In this document: piece by piece, positions 37,400 through 48,201 of the stretch
Position numbering within the stretch: the first letter of the stretch is position 1
How the letters are laid out: the number at the start of each line of letters is the position of its first letter
Assembly: GCA_977016875.1 (NCBI GenBank)
Contig: CDRNST010000332.1
Location: 62,001-126,000 of the forward strand
Length of the DNA: 64,000 nucleotides
Reading direction: 5' to 3'
Source: Pavona decussata
Taxonomy: Eukaryota
Made by a program: the position numbers and the translations under genes
Notes under the pieces: generated by a model
The model's input: the letters and a program-made list of their open reading frames with translations, nothing else
The model's database searches: none
What the model was told of the DNA's origin: nothing

Positions 37400-37880
37400 G
37401 ATGTGCACACGCACTTCAAACCGACAGAAACTTTCCAATACAGGCCATATCGAAGGCGAATCCTCAAGACTTCTCCGAACAAAATTTACAAAAATAACAT
37501 TTGAAGCAAAAACATTACTCTATTGAAGCAGAGATTACGCTACAGAAGTTACCTTGATAACCTTATATATAAAACTCTTTCAGCAGTCAATTTCTGCCAA
37601 AGAATGTCGGCACTACAAAACAAACAAAAAATGCGCAAAAACATTTTGCCGTTTGTTACGGAATATCGCCCTTTTGTGCCTAACCTAAAACAATTCAGAT
37701 GAGTAAATGGCACGTAATTGATAGAAAATCAGCCTTTGCTAAGAGACATCTACAAAGACCCTTCCCTACTTTCGTACAGAAAAGGGAGATCTTTGAAAGA
37801 CGTACTCGTAAGAGCAAATTAGCTTTGAAGGTCATATTCTTCCTATCTCGACCAATAGTTGCCGTGTTTGGCCTGTCTTC
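37400..37880 (+). mobile_element. Degraded Penelope-like retroelement RT C-terminal fragment
   Basis: Frameshifted translation KPTETFQY...RLLRT...KNILPFVTEYRPFVPNLKQ..MSKWH..ENQPLLRDIYKDP.LLSYRKGRSLKDVLVRA. Confidence 0.7.
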
Positions 37881-40374
37881 ATTATTTTAGCAAAAAAGCT
37901 CTTCCATCTCATCAACAGCCGCTGACCACGTAAAGCTATTTTCAAGGCTCACCATAGCTTTAAGTTCGACTTGAGCGTGAAGAAAATTATCGTAACTCGA
38001 TAAATAACCCATACCCTCCTGAATGTTTACCCACAGTGTACGCAATGTTTTGATATTTTTTTAGACACCCAGCTCCACATAATCATGTAGCTTAGAATGT
38101 TAGATCTATTAAAATGGTTCTTTTGGATTTAAAATGTGAACAGTATAACAGTTCACATTTTAATTGTTATTGTTGCTAAATAGTTTGCTGCATATGCACT
38201 AAAAATAAATATAAGTCCAGAAAGGATAAGGAATTTGTAAGGTTATTACTTCATACTGAAACCATAAGCAGAAATGGTATTAAAAAGTAATTTTGGAGCT
38301 CCGCTTTTAGGTTTAGCTAAATATGAATATCATGATTTTATTAGTTAGGCATTATTGGGCCTGATCTTGCGAACATTTTACAACTTAGATGAAACCATTG
38401 AATTAGAGTGAAGAACAGGAAAAGGAATCTGCTTCTTTATGTTATTTGGAATTCCTTTAAGGTATCAATAAGTAGTGAATATCGGGGAAATCTTGTTGTT
38501 ACGGTGGCAACACCAATCTATTCTACCTGCGTTACCGTAGCAAATGTACTTATCTCGATTATTATTTCGGATTTCTTTTACGAGTTTTGTTTTGTTTGTT
38601 GTTGTTGTTTTGTCGTTGAGGGTGAGGTAAACGCAAAAGACGTTCATTTTGTTGTATGACATGGCTACTCGCATGTAAGATAAATTCTGCATTGATCTCA
38701 ATGATCCTCTTTCGATAAATTCAATGCTGCAGTATGTCATTGACTTAGAAGATAACAAAGGAATAACAAAATTCAGAAACAATCATATTAACAGTTAGTT
38801 TGTGACAAGCTGTAACTTTTTGCGGCATTTTCAGAACTTACTGATAATCCATCTTTAACAAGCTAGCAAAAACGTCTGAGGTGAGAACAGGGCCAATCCT
38901 TGGATTCTCATCAACATTTCTATGAAAAATGAAAAATTTGGAAGTGATAAGTAAGGAGGCTTGAAATAGGTTTTGTCGGAGAAGATAGATGCCAGATAGC
39001 ACCAAAATATTGCTGATCACAGACAAAAACAAACAGGAAAGGAAAAACAAATATGTCCAAACTACTTCTAACTCTAACTTAGATGGCATTGTGTGACGTT
39101 TCATTCGCCTGCCATTTTAAGCAAAACACTTACAACGAACGTATTTTTTTATGTCCTCTTAAAATCACTTTTAAGTCACGAAAAGAGATTTCGTTACTTT
39201 GTAGGTTTCTAAAAAAAGAGAACAAACTGGATGAACTACTGTATCAATAGAGTCGAATAATTAGCTATCTGATATGACCTAAATGTGACGTTTGTATCAT
39301 TAACGATATATAGTTTATACTGATAAATGTGTCAAAGCCTGGAAACATGGTTTAAGCCGAAACAGTCCAACTAACGAGTCGCACTTGAAGAAAGTGACTA
39401 ATTGTTGCATAATTAGGGTCTCCATGATTGAAAGGCGCATGTAGTTGGTTGTTTTATGCATGGGTAAAGGAAAGATGCATGTCGACTAAATAAAATAGTC
39501 AATTAATCTAGTGTCTTTTTTTCGTTGTTTCTACTAAGTTTGAGTAGACAGTCCATTGAGTTAAGTCTTCACGCAATATTTTTTTTGAATACGAAGGGCT
39601 TATTGTTCGGTATTGTCCTTTACCCCATTTCCCTATTTTACACCGGATTTTTTCGTCTCCTTTGGCCCGGGGCGGGCTTCTTCCCTTCCCTCCAACCCTG
39701 ACTCGGAAGGTGGATAGTACGTCCTTAGATGTTTCTTTTGAAGCCCTTGAAGGCCCTTGAAGGGATCAATTACCAGTACGACATGATTTATAAACGGAAG
39801 CCATATTGGATCTGCCATCTTGAATCAGTTTTCTTTTTGTGTCGAAATCCAACAAATGTCTAGCAAGCAGTAATCTTAGCCTGTTTTGGCCAAGCCATAT
39901 AGCGTTGGAATGGATGAAAAGGTTTAATGTTGAACGATAGAACTCACATGATGAGCACGCTTTCCGGCAGATAAAATCCTCCTGTAATAAAGTTTTTCCC
40001 GAAGATTTCTGAGACAATAATAATGTTACAAAATTAACAAAAATTTATTTTACATTTGGCAATTTTTACAGAATAATTCAATTAAATCACGAAGCTATAA
40101 AAATTACCACCGTAAACTGATGATATTATTTTTTAACTGGCGCAATACATAGGGTTTTTTTCCATCGTCAAATACAAGTGCAATATATTCAAACATTGAA
40201 ACCCAAAGTTCACTGAGGTAATTACGAAGGACGCACGGCTAAAAATAAGGTTAGTCAGTGGTGTATTTATTCATTTATTTATTACTTCTCATTAATCAAA
40301 GATATGATTAACGCGACTGCGATTAGAGCAATCACGCTATTAAAAAAAAAAAAATCGCCAAGTAAGTTGGAATA

Positions 40375-40550
40375 CAGTCGACTCCCGATAACTCGAACCC
40401 TCGCCAACTCGAACTTTGCGCTAACGCGAACCAATTTTCCTGTCCTTTCAGGTCATTTTCTATATAATTTTACCCTCGATAACTCAAACTCCCGATAACT
40501 CGAACCTTTTTCAATTTCCCTTGAAGGTTCGAGTTATCAGGAGTCGACTG
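40375..40550. mobile_element. Tc1/mariner(pogo)-type MITE, TA TSD
   Basis: TA|CAGTCGACTCCCGATAACTCGAAC...GTTCGAGTTATCAGGAGTCGACTG|TA. Confidence 0.85.
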
Positions 40551-40894
40551 TACATCATGTGCACGGAAAGATATACTGAAATATAAATGGCGTTGGTGTA
40601 TAAAGACTATACAATGACCAGTGTATGTCTGATTCCTCATACGTTCTGTATACGGAATCCTGGTATAAGTCTATAAGATCCTCATATTTTTTGGCGTACC
40701 CTGACAAATAATGATCCCGTCGACTGTACATCATGTGCACGGAAAGATATACTGAAATATAAATGGCGTTGGTGTATAAAGACTATACAATGACCAGTGT
40801 ATGTCTGATTCCTTATATGTTCTGTATACGGAATCCTGGTATAAGTCTATAAGATCCTCATATTTTTTGACGTACCCTGACAAATAATGATCCC
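40543..40894 (+). repeat. Recent tandem duplication, 2 x 176 bp
   Basis: 40543-40718 vs 40719-40894; three substitutions seen by eye. Confidence 0.9.
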
Positions 40895-43238
40895 AATATA
40901 CGGGCCTAATACGTCATACCACGTCATATAAACCTAAACCTATTGTCCTGAGCAAATGGCAGGTTAAAATCATTCTGTGAATTACGTTTTCTTTGAAGTT
41001 ATTGAAACTCGACATTGACTTAATATCGTCATTACGTGTGAGAATATCCTTACATTACTTTGAGTGACGTCCGATTCTGAAAGGCATTCTTTGCAATAAA
41101 CTTCAATCGGTTCCTAGAGAGATTCCTGTGAAAACAACCTATCGTTCACCAAAGTCAGCTAAGAGTATTTGTTATTTTTGACAGTATAGAAACTTACGTC
41201 TATACTTTCATATATACTTTAGCAAATTCAGTGTGTTTAAGGCATCTACGGAAGCTAGAAGTTCTGCTAGGCAATAAGACACAAATAGACGAATATTTAC
41301 AGTTTGTGTAGCAAATTAAGATTCCCAAAAGAACCTTCATGAATCGCTATCAAATGATTCCCTGAAGGATTTCTGCAAAAAATATATATAACATCGATCA
41401 GAATTAAAAAAGAATTTCTAGGTTGTGTTTCGCCATCTCGTTTATAATTCAAGGCCTTGAAAATTTGAAAAAACTTCAAGTAAACGATCCCAAAAAATAC
41501 ACAAACATTTCACTTCACTTTGTGGGTAAATGGCACCTATAAATTGTGCAGAAAATGTTTCAAAACATCTACACTTACAGGAAGGAAGTGTTTGATGGTA
41601 TGCCGTCGGGCACTTTTCCAAAACTGATACATTTCACATTAAATCTCATCTTGCCAAAAGCGGTGCAGTTACAGACGTTTGGCAGTGGCCAATAAATTGT
41701 TTGAACTGACGTTATGCATACATGTACAAGCCACAGGCTTAAGAAGATAAGACTAATACCAGTATACATTGGTACCGACGTATTGCCGACGGTTATAAGC
41801 GATAACTGGATCGAGAATTGGCCAAACGCAAATGAATCGTTGCGCATTTGATCATATTTACAGGTATTTTGCGCAATATAGATATTAAATTATTATTATT
41901 AGCTCTCGAGTTGAAAGTTTTTAAGTTACGGTTAAGATTATTCAAGATGTCTTGTCAGTTCGATAGTCTTTTTATACAAGGGGATGTTCGAAACCTGGGT
42001 ATTCTGGATTGTGCACTTAGAATTCAAACCTCTTTTTAGGATTTTTAAGCGTCCAGTCCAAGGGCCTTGCAGGCCTTAAGGCCAGAGTTTGCAGATATTT
42101 TCCGTCACATAACAGGATGATGGGTTGACGGATTTTACGGATCTAAGTTCCAAGGATGTGAAAATCTATATACCGATATATTTAATTGATATATTAAATA
42201 GATTGAACACAGTTCCAAAGGTTAAGATATTCATAGATAGCAAAACCAACTTACACGGAGGTAAAGCGACTCAAAGCTCGGTCAGATTTCTAAAACCAAG
42301 ATTTCTGGTGAACGAACAAGTAAAGGGAAGTTCTAACTGAAGCTAGGGCTGAATTTCGAGTTTCTGCAGCACCGGACCTCTCTGCTAACTCGTTGAAAAC
42401 GCCAAATATTTTATTTTCGAAACCATAGATGCAGAAAAAAAAAAAGCATGATCGTAAACGACTTCCCCTTAATGTTGGAAATGAAAACAATTTTTATATG
42501 AACGAAAACCCGCTCCATTTAACGGACAGCAGGAGGTAAATCATTAAAGGCAAATATGTAAGAGAACCAAAGGCTACCTTACCACAGCTTGTGTGTTGCA
42601 AAAATGAACACTGTTTAAATTATTTGCCTTGTGTGACAAGCTCTGCTAAATTGCTTTAAATGAGTCATCAGCAATGAAACATCGCCTGAGCTATTTTAGC
42701 AAAACACTGAGTAACTGATGTTGTTTTTACGTTAAAAGAAAACACTTTGTGTTAGTATTGTGACTTTTGAATTATTAAAAAAAAAAGAAAAAAGAAATGT
42801 AATCTTTTGGGCATTAACATCTAAAAACATTTACTTTCTATGAGTTTCGAGTCCACGAATCATTTTACCGCTACTGGTATCGTACCGTTTACTCAAGCAA
42901 AGACACAACTTGAAGCTCAATTTACATGAAAAAGATGTAAACTTAGCGAAGATTTACCGAAACGTCTTAAACTTGGAAGCCGTATAATCTCGGTTATTTT
43001 GACTGGCTAACGTGTAGTTGATACTCTGTAAAAGTGGAAATTAATATAAAAGGGAAGTAAATCTTTTTGTTTAAAACGGACCTTTGCAACGTGAATAAAA
43101 ACTACCAAAGTGAGAGGGAAATAATGACGGTATCTATAAATAAATGACTATGAATATATATATATGACTGCGAGAATGCGACCTAAAAAAGATCATTCAC
43201 AAAGACACGCGACATAACAGCAAAACTGGCCTGATGTG

Positions 43239-43437
43239 CAGTCAACTCCCTTTGTTGCAAACACCTTGGGGACCGTGAAGTAGTGTCCTTTATAATAGCG
43301 AGAGTCCGTAATAAAGGGGATTTTTTTTTTCAGTGAAACGTCTGTACTTCATTTTTGCCGGAGTTTTAGTTGCTGTCCATATTATCGGAGTGTCCGTGAT
43401 CGTGATAGCGAGCTGCCCCCAAGGCGAGAGTTGACTG
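43239..43437. mobile_element. Tc1/mariner-type MITE
   Basis: CAGTCAACTC...GAGTTGACTG|TA termini. Confidence 0.65.
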
Positions 43438-44038
43438 TATATGGCTGCAAAGTTTGATTTTTCTTTTTGCCAAATGAACTCCTCGAGTAGGTTTTGGGTG
43501 TGTGTGCCCTGAGGAATCCAAATCTAGACCACGGTTGAGTTAGAAGTGTTTTGCTTTGAAAATGATACCTCGTTCTAGAAACCCATCTTTAGAAAAAATA
43601 TTGTTTTGTCTGAGGAGACTCGAAATGACACAATTGTATTTTCGTATGGATGCCAAATCCGTGAAGATATGATTGGTTTTCTTATGCAAACAAACTTTTA
43701 TTTAAGCCACAACTTAATATGCTTGATAATTTTCTGGTTCGAACTGTCGAGAATTTAATCATATGAATGAGGCATCTCAGAAACATATTGAATTAGTTGG
43801 TAGCGAGTAAAGACAAGCTAGCGAATTGGCGACCGAGGAAAGGTAAGCATTTTTCGTTTTCCACTTTTAAAACCTTCAGTGAATGTTACTGTCATTAGTC
43901 TTTTACTCGGAGATATAACTGAGATATGAAATCTTACCCCTAGATATTATTATAAGTGAAAAGGCTATAAGATTTACTTCCATGATCTTGACTTTCCCAA
44001 GCAAGTTTATCCAAAGCTTTGGCTAAATCATGGAAATG

Positions 44039-44262
44039 TTTGGTTTCATCACAGAGTTGACAAGGTAATTTGGCTATCGTAAAGAGATTCGATCGATTGC
44101 TAAAGTTTCGAGGTTAACACTTAGTCAGAGTGAATCAAGAAATAATTAATTCATTCTGACGAAGGGCTAGCGCTCGGAGCGTCAGCGCTTGAATCCCTTC
44201 CCGGTGGCCAAATTCCCATACCAACTCTCCTGGTAGAACCAAGCAATCGTTTCTACTCCCAG
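44039..44262. repeat. Inverted pair of Penelope-associated repeats with degenerate hammerhead-ribozyme-like cores (second copy 47238-47440)
   Basis: CTGACGAAGGGCTAGCGCTCGGAGCGTCAG at 44156; CTAACGAAGGGCTAACGCTCGAAACTTCAG at 47378; antisense arms immediately upstream of each. Confidence 0.55.
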
Positions 44263-45446
44263 ACCGACGAAACAACACAGTTTTCTTTTTTCCGGTTTAC
44301 CGATTTGCCGGCTTAAGGTTTAAACGTACTGCATGCGTATTTGTTTTGCTTGTTTAAATTCAAGCGAACTATCCGTAAGGATAAAGCCTGTAGTAATAAC
44401 AAAGCAGAGCCAAGCAAGATTGCCTCTCATGTTTAGGGAATTAAAAACATTGAAGGTACTGACACATGTTTTCCAAGGGGGGCACAGAAGTAACGTATGA
44501 ATCATGACCTGATTTAGCAAACGGACAGTATCGTTGTCAACGTCGAATATTCTCTTTACCAAAGAGTACATGAAAAAGCATGAGGGAAAATGACTTTCCT
44601 TCAGTGTATGACATGAAACTTCGACGCTCTATCAAGTTTCGAGCTTGTATGCATGTGTTTGTTTCCTCAAACAACCGCCCACAAGGATTTCGATCTTTAA
44701 ACGAATACACAGCAGCAGGTAAATCATTAAAAGCAAATACATAAGGGAACCAAAGGCTACCAACAGTTAGTGTGATACAAAAATGAACATTGCTTAAATC
44801 GTTGATATTGTGGGACAAGCTCAGCTAAATTTCTTTAAATCAGGCATCAACAATGAAACATCGCCTGAGTTAATGGAAACAAAATTGAGTAACTGGCGTT
44901 GCTTTTATGATATAAGGAAACACTTTTTAAAAAGGGTCAGTTGTTAAAAGACAGTTTAGACTGTGTTTAACAAAAACGCGTTTTAAGCCATTTTCAATTT
45001 TGCCAACAGTCATATCTAAACATCGTCTGCCACTCAAGGTAACAATAAGGCTTCGATCCCAGACTAGAAAGCTATGTATCTTCTTAAAATAAACCACCTA
45101 TAATCAGATTTGGGGACCCACTGATTGTCTTAAGCCGTGGCCTAAGTTAGTCTTTGCTTAAATAATTGGCCCAAATTTGTGTTAATAATGTAGACTTTAT
45201 TTCGAATTATTTGAAACATTAAATCTTAAGGCATAAATATCTAGAATAGTATACTTTCTATGAGTTTCGTGTCCACGAATCATTTTACCGCTTCTGGTAT
45301 CGAACCGTTTACTCAAGCAGCTGCAAGCTCAATTTGCATGAACAAGCTGTAAACTTTGCGAAAATTTACAGGAAGATCTTAAACTTCGAAGCCGTATAGA
45401 CTCGATTATTATGATTCTCCCTTTTATGACGTGTATTTGACAGGCT

Positions 45447-47020
45447 CAAGAGAGGATGAAGGTAAGAGAGGTAATCCCCCATATAGGCCCTATCCCCATC
45501 GTAATCCCTCTGAAGTTATTTTTAGAAGGTATCGATTTTCTCGCGGATAATGTTACCTCGCGCGTTACGTGTCTTTCACCGTTTTTAATTTTACAACGGC
45601 TAATCACAATCATACACTTCCATAAAAGAAATTGTTTCTCGCGTTACTTCCAACGAATCTCTAAGAAATACACGTGAGTTGAAAGCTAATAAAATGAAGA
45701 TTTGAATGTCCGAAGAGATTTTAAACTCACTGTGACAAAAATATCAAAATTTTCGTGCCGCGGTTGTGATCTTTATACTCGTCTGTTCAATCGCGGCTTC
45801 AATTCAAATATAATGTAACACTCTTGCATAAAAAAGCTAAAATTTGTTTCTCGCCTTTCTTTTAATGAATCTCTTGGCTACATGCGTGATTAGAAAGCTA
45901 ATGGAATGTACATTTCAATGACCAAAGGGATGTGAACTCAGTGGGATAAAAATTTCAAAATTCGTGCCAAGGTTGTGATGTTTATACTCGTCTGTTCAAT
46001 CGCGGTTTTGACAGCTAAATGTAAAAAAGGTTTATTTCTCGCGTTTCTTCCAACGAATCTCTTAACTACATACGTGATTTAAAAGTAAATAGAACGTAAA
46101 TTTCAATGACTGACGGAATTTTGGACTCACTGCGATAAAAATATCAAAATTCTTGCCGGAGGTTGTGATGTTTATACTCGTCTGTTCAATCGCGGCTTTC
46201 AATGTTTTGACAGCTATTATAATGTAACACTCTTGCATGAAAAAAGATTTGTTTCTCGCGTTTCTTCCGGCCAATCGCTTAACTACAGCGTAATTAAAAA
46301 GCTAGTGGAATGTAGAATTCAATGACCAAAGGGATCTTGAACTCACTGAGATAAAAATGTCAAAATTTCTGCCGGGGGTTGTGATGTTTATACTCGTCTG
46401 TTCAATTGCGGGTGTCAATGTTTCGAGAGCTAAATGTAATACTCTTGCATGAAAAAAGATTTGTTCTCGCGTTTCTTCCAACGAATCTCTTAACTACATA
46501 CGTGATTAGAAAGTAAATAAAACGTAGATTTCAATTACTGTAGGGATTTTGTACTCACTGCGGTAAAATATCGAAATTCGTGCCTAGGTTGAGATGTTTG
46601 TATTTGTCTGTTCAATCACGGCTTTCAATTTTCGCCAGCTAATTGTATTGTAATATTCTTGCATAATTTCCGCACAGCTGGGCTCTAAAACAAATCATGC
46701 CGGAGCGATTCTTTTCCAATTTGCGTTGTCCAAATACAACCACTTTAAACTCGCATTCGTCCATAAAACATATCCAGGCACCGCTTTCTGTATGCATGTT
46801 CCGCCATTTTGTTTTTAGATCAATTCGCGAAAGACGCGTAGCATTGCGTGGGAATCGACTAAGCTGTCAACGTGGGTAAAATTCATGAGATATGATTGGC
46901 TATCACCTAGCCCTCTTGGGACACTGGATCTCGCGGAAAATCTAAAAATAACTTTAGAGGGATTACGATGGGCATAGGGCCTATATGGGGCATTACCTCT
47001 CTTACCTTCATCCTCTCTTG
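45447..47020. mobile_element. Non-autonomous foldback element, 80-bp TIRs, 7-bp TSD, internal tandem array (P/Galileo-like)
   Basis: CAAGAGAGGATGAAGG...CCTTCATCCTCTCTTG; TSD ACAGGCT at 45440-45446 and 47021-47027. Confidence 0.85.
45630..46665 (+). repeat. ~5 copies of a 190-216-bp tandem repeat inside the foldback element
   Basis: GTTGTGATGTTTATACTCGTCTGTTCAATCGCGG-like motif at ~45762, 45972, 46162, 46378 and 46587. Confidence 0.85.
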
Positions 47021-48201
47021 ACAGGCTAGAATGGTGGAAATTAAAATAAAGTAGAAGCGAATCTTTTTGGCTAAAACTAACCTTTCTCGACTGCAAATAG
47101 AAAATACATTAAAAGGGCAATCATGACTACGATCTATGACGATCCCTACCACCTAAAAAAGATCATAGGCTACAAGAGTTACTTTCTTAAATTTCCCAAG
47201 GAAGTTTATTTAAGACTCTGGCCAAATCAAGGGGACGTTTGGTTTCATCAGCAGAGTTGACAAGATAATTTGGCCATCGTAAAGTAATTCGATCGATTGC
47301 TGACGTTTCGAGGTTAACCCTTTGTCAGGTTAACCCTTTGTCAAGTTAACCCTTTGTCAAGAAATAATTACTTCGTTCTAACGAAGGGCTAACGCTCGAA
47401 ACTTCAGCACTCGAATCTCTTTTCCAGTGGCTAAATTTACTCTGTTCGTTTCTTCTCCCGACGAGGCACCCTTTTATCTACGACATAGAAGTGAGCTAAT
47501 TTGCGTTGAAAAATGAAATTTAACTGTACTGTAAGAGTATATGCTTTGAGAACTATGCGAGGGGATAAAAAACTGTAGTAATAACAAACCAGCGCCAAGC
47601 AAGAATGCCTCTCATTTATAGGGAATAACCAACATTGAAGGGACTCCTTTTAAAGGGCCTATCGCCCCAACTCAGTTTTAATGAATTTCGAAAATTTATG
47701 CATGTCTAAGACGTTTTGCGAAGAAATAAATCGTATTCCATGTTTCGTTTTGTGTTTATTAGACGACAAAATCCCCCAAAATAGGCCATTTTCTGCGAGC
47801 AGTTGAGAGGCTGGGAACTAACAAGCTTGTGACGTCGACCTGGTATCTCGACCAAGGCGAATTTCTCATTGGTCACTACATTCTCTGTACTGAATTTGGA
47901 ATGTGGCAAGAAGGTATGTGGTAGGTGAATGTGCTGCCTTCTCAGATATGTAGAAGGGTATAGTTCTGCACTCTATACCGTTAGATAATGATGAAGCAAG
48001 GAAATGCAGAAAGAAGTAGATCGATTTCATGAAACAAAAGCCGGATAAATGGGAGTTGAAACGGAGACTCGTCAATATGCTCTAAGCACTTCACGAACGA
48101 CGGTTTCATGCGTCAATTCTGATTTAATGATGAAGTGGGTAACAAGCCAATCATCCCAAGGCTGAAACGAGATGATATGTATATGTATATGTATTACCTA
48201 T

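Larger units (their letters stand above)
38673..41769 (-). pseudogene. Convergent, 3'-truncated paralog of the LRR-TM gene (signal peptide + LRRNT + 6 LRR exons)
   Basis: Exons (-): 41769-41579 (MYTGISLIFLSLWLVHV...CNC...VKC...VPDGIPSNTSF), 41372-41301 (NPSGNHLIAIHEGSFGNLNLLHK), 41125-41054 (NLSRNRLKFIAKNAFQNRTSLKV), 40008-39948 (61 bp, +1 A; NLRENFITGGFYLPESVLI), 39208-39134 ([24 protein letters not shown]), 38919-38842 (NVDENPRIGPVLTSDVFASLLKMDY), 38744-38673 (SMTYCSIEFIERGSLRSMQNLSY; acceptor AA, donor GC). No further exons found. Confidence 0.85.
42500..47645. repeat. Tandem diverged segmental units (A ~42500-44610, B ~44610-47645; third partial copy 62540-62810)
   Basis: Collinear blocks: 42525-42750~44710-44930~62660-62810; 42830-43000~45250-45410; 43030-43200~47030-47165; 43990-44260~47190-47440; 44380-44460~47560-47640; 44612-44705~62540-62640. 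Confidence 0.8.

Noticed and set aside
41198-41245. AG...GTAAGT-bounded segment between paralog exons 2 and 3
   Set aside because: In-frame stop and no counterpart in the intact gene
43940-44075. Apparent - strand exon KLPCQLCDETKHFHDLAKALDK...
   Set aside because: Overlaps the Penelope-associated inverted repeat, and the unit B copy is frameshifted with stops
45630-46665. Regularly spaced repeats resembling a CRISPR array (also 59820-60460)
   Set aside because: The spacers are homologous to each other, units are ~200 bp, the context is eukaryotic and there are no cas genes
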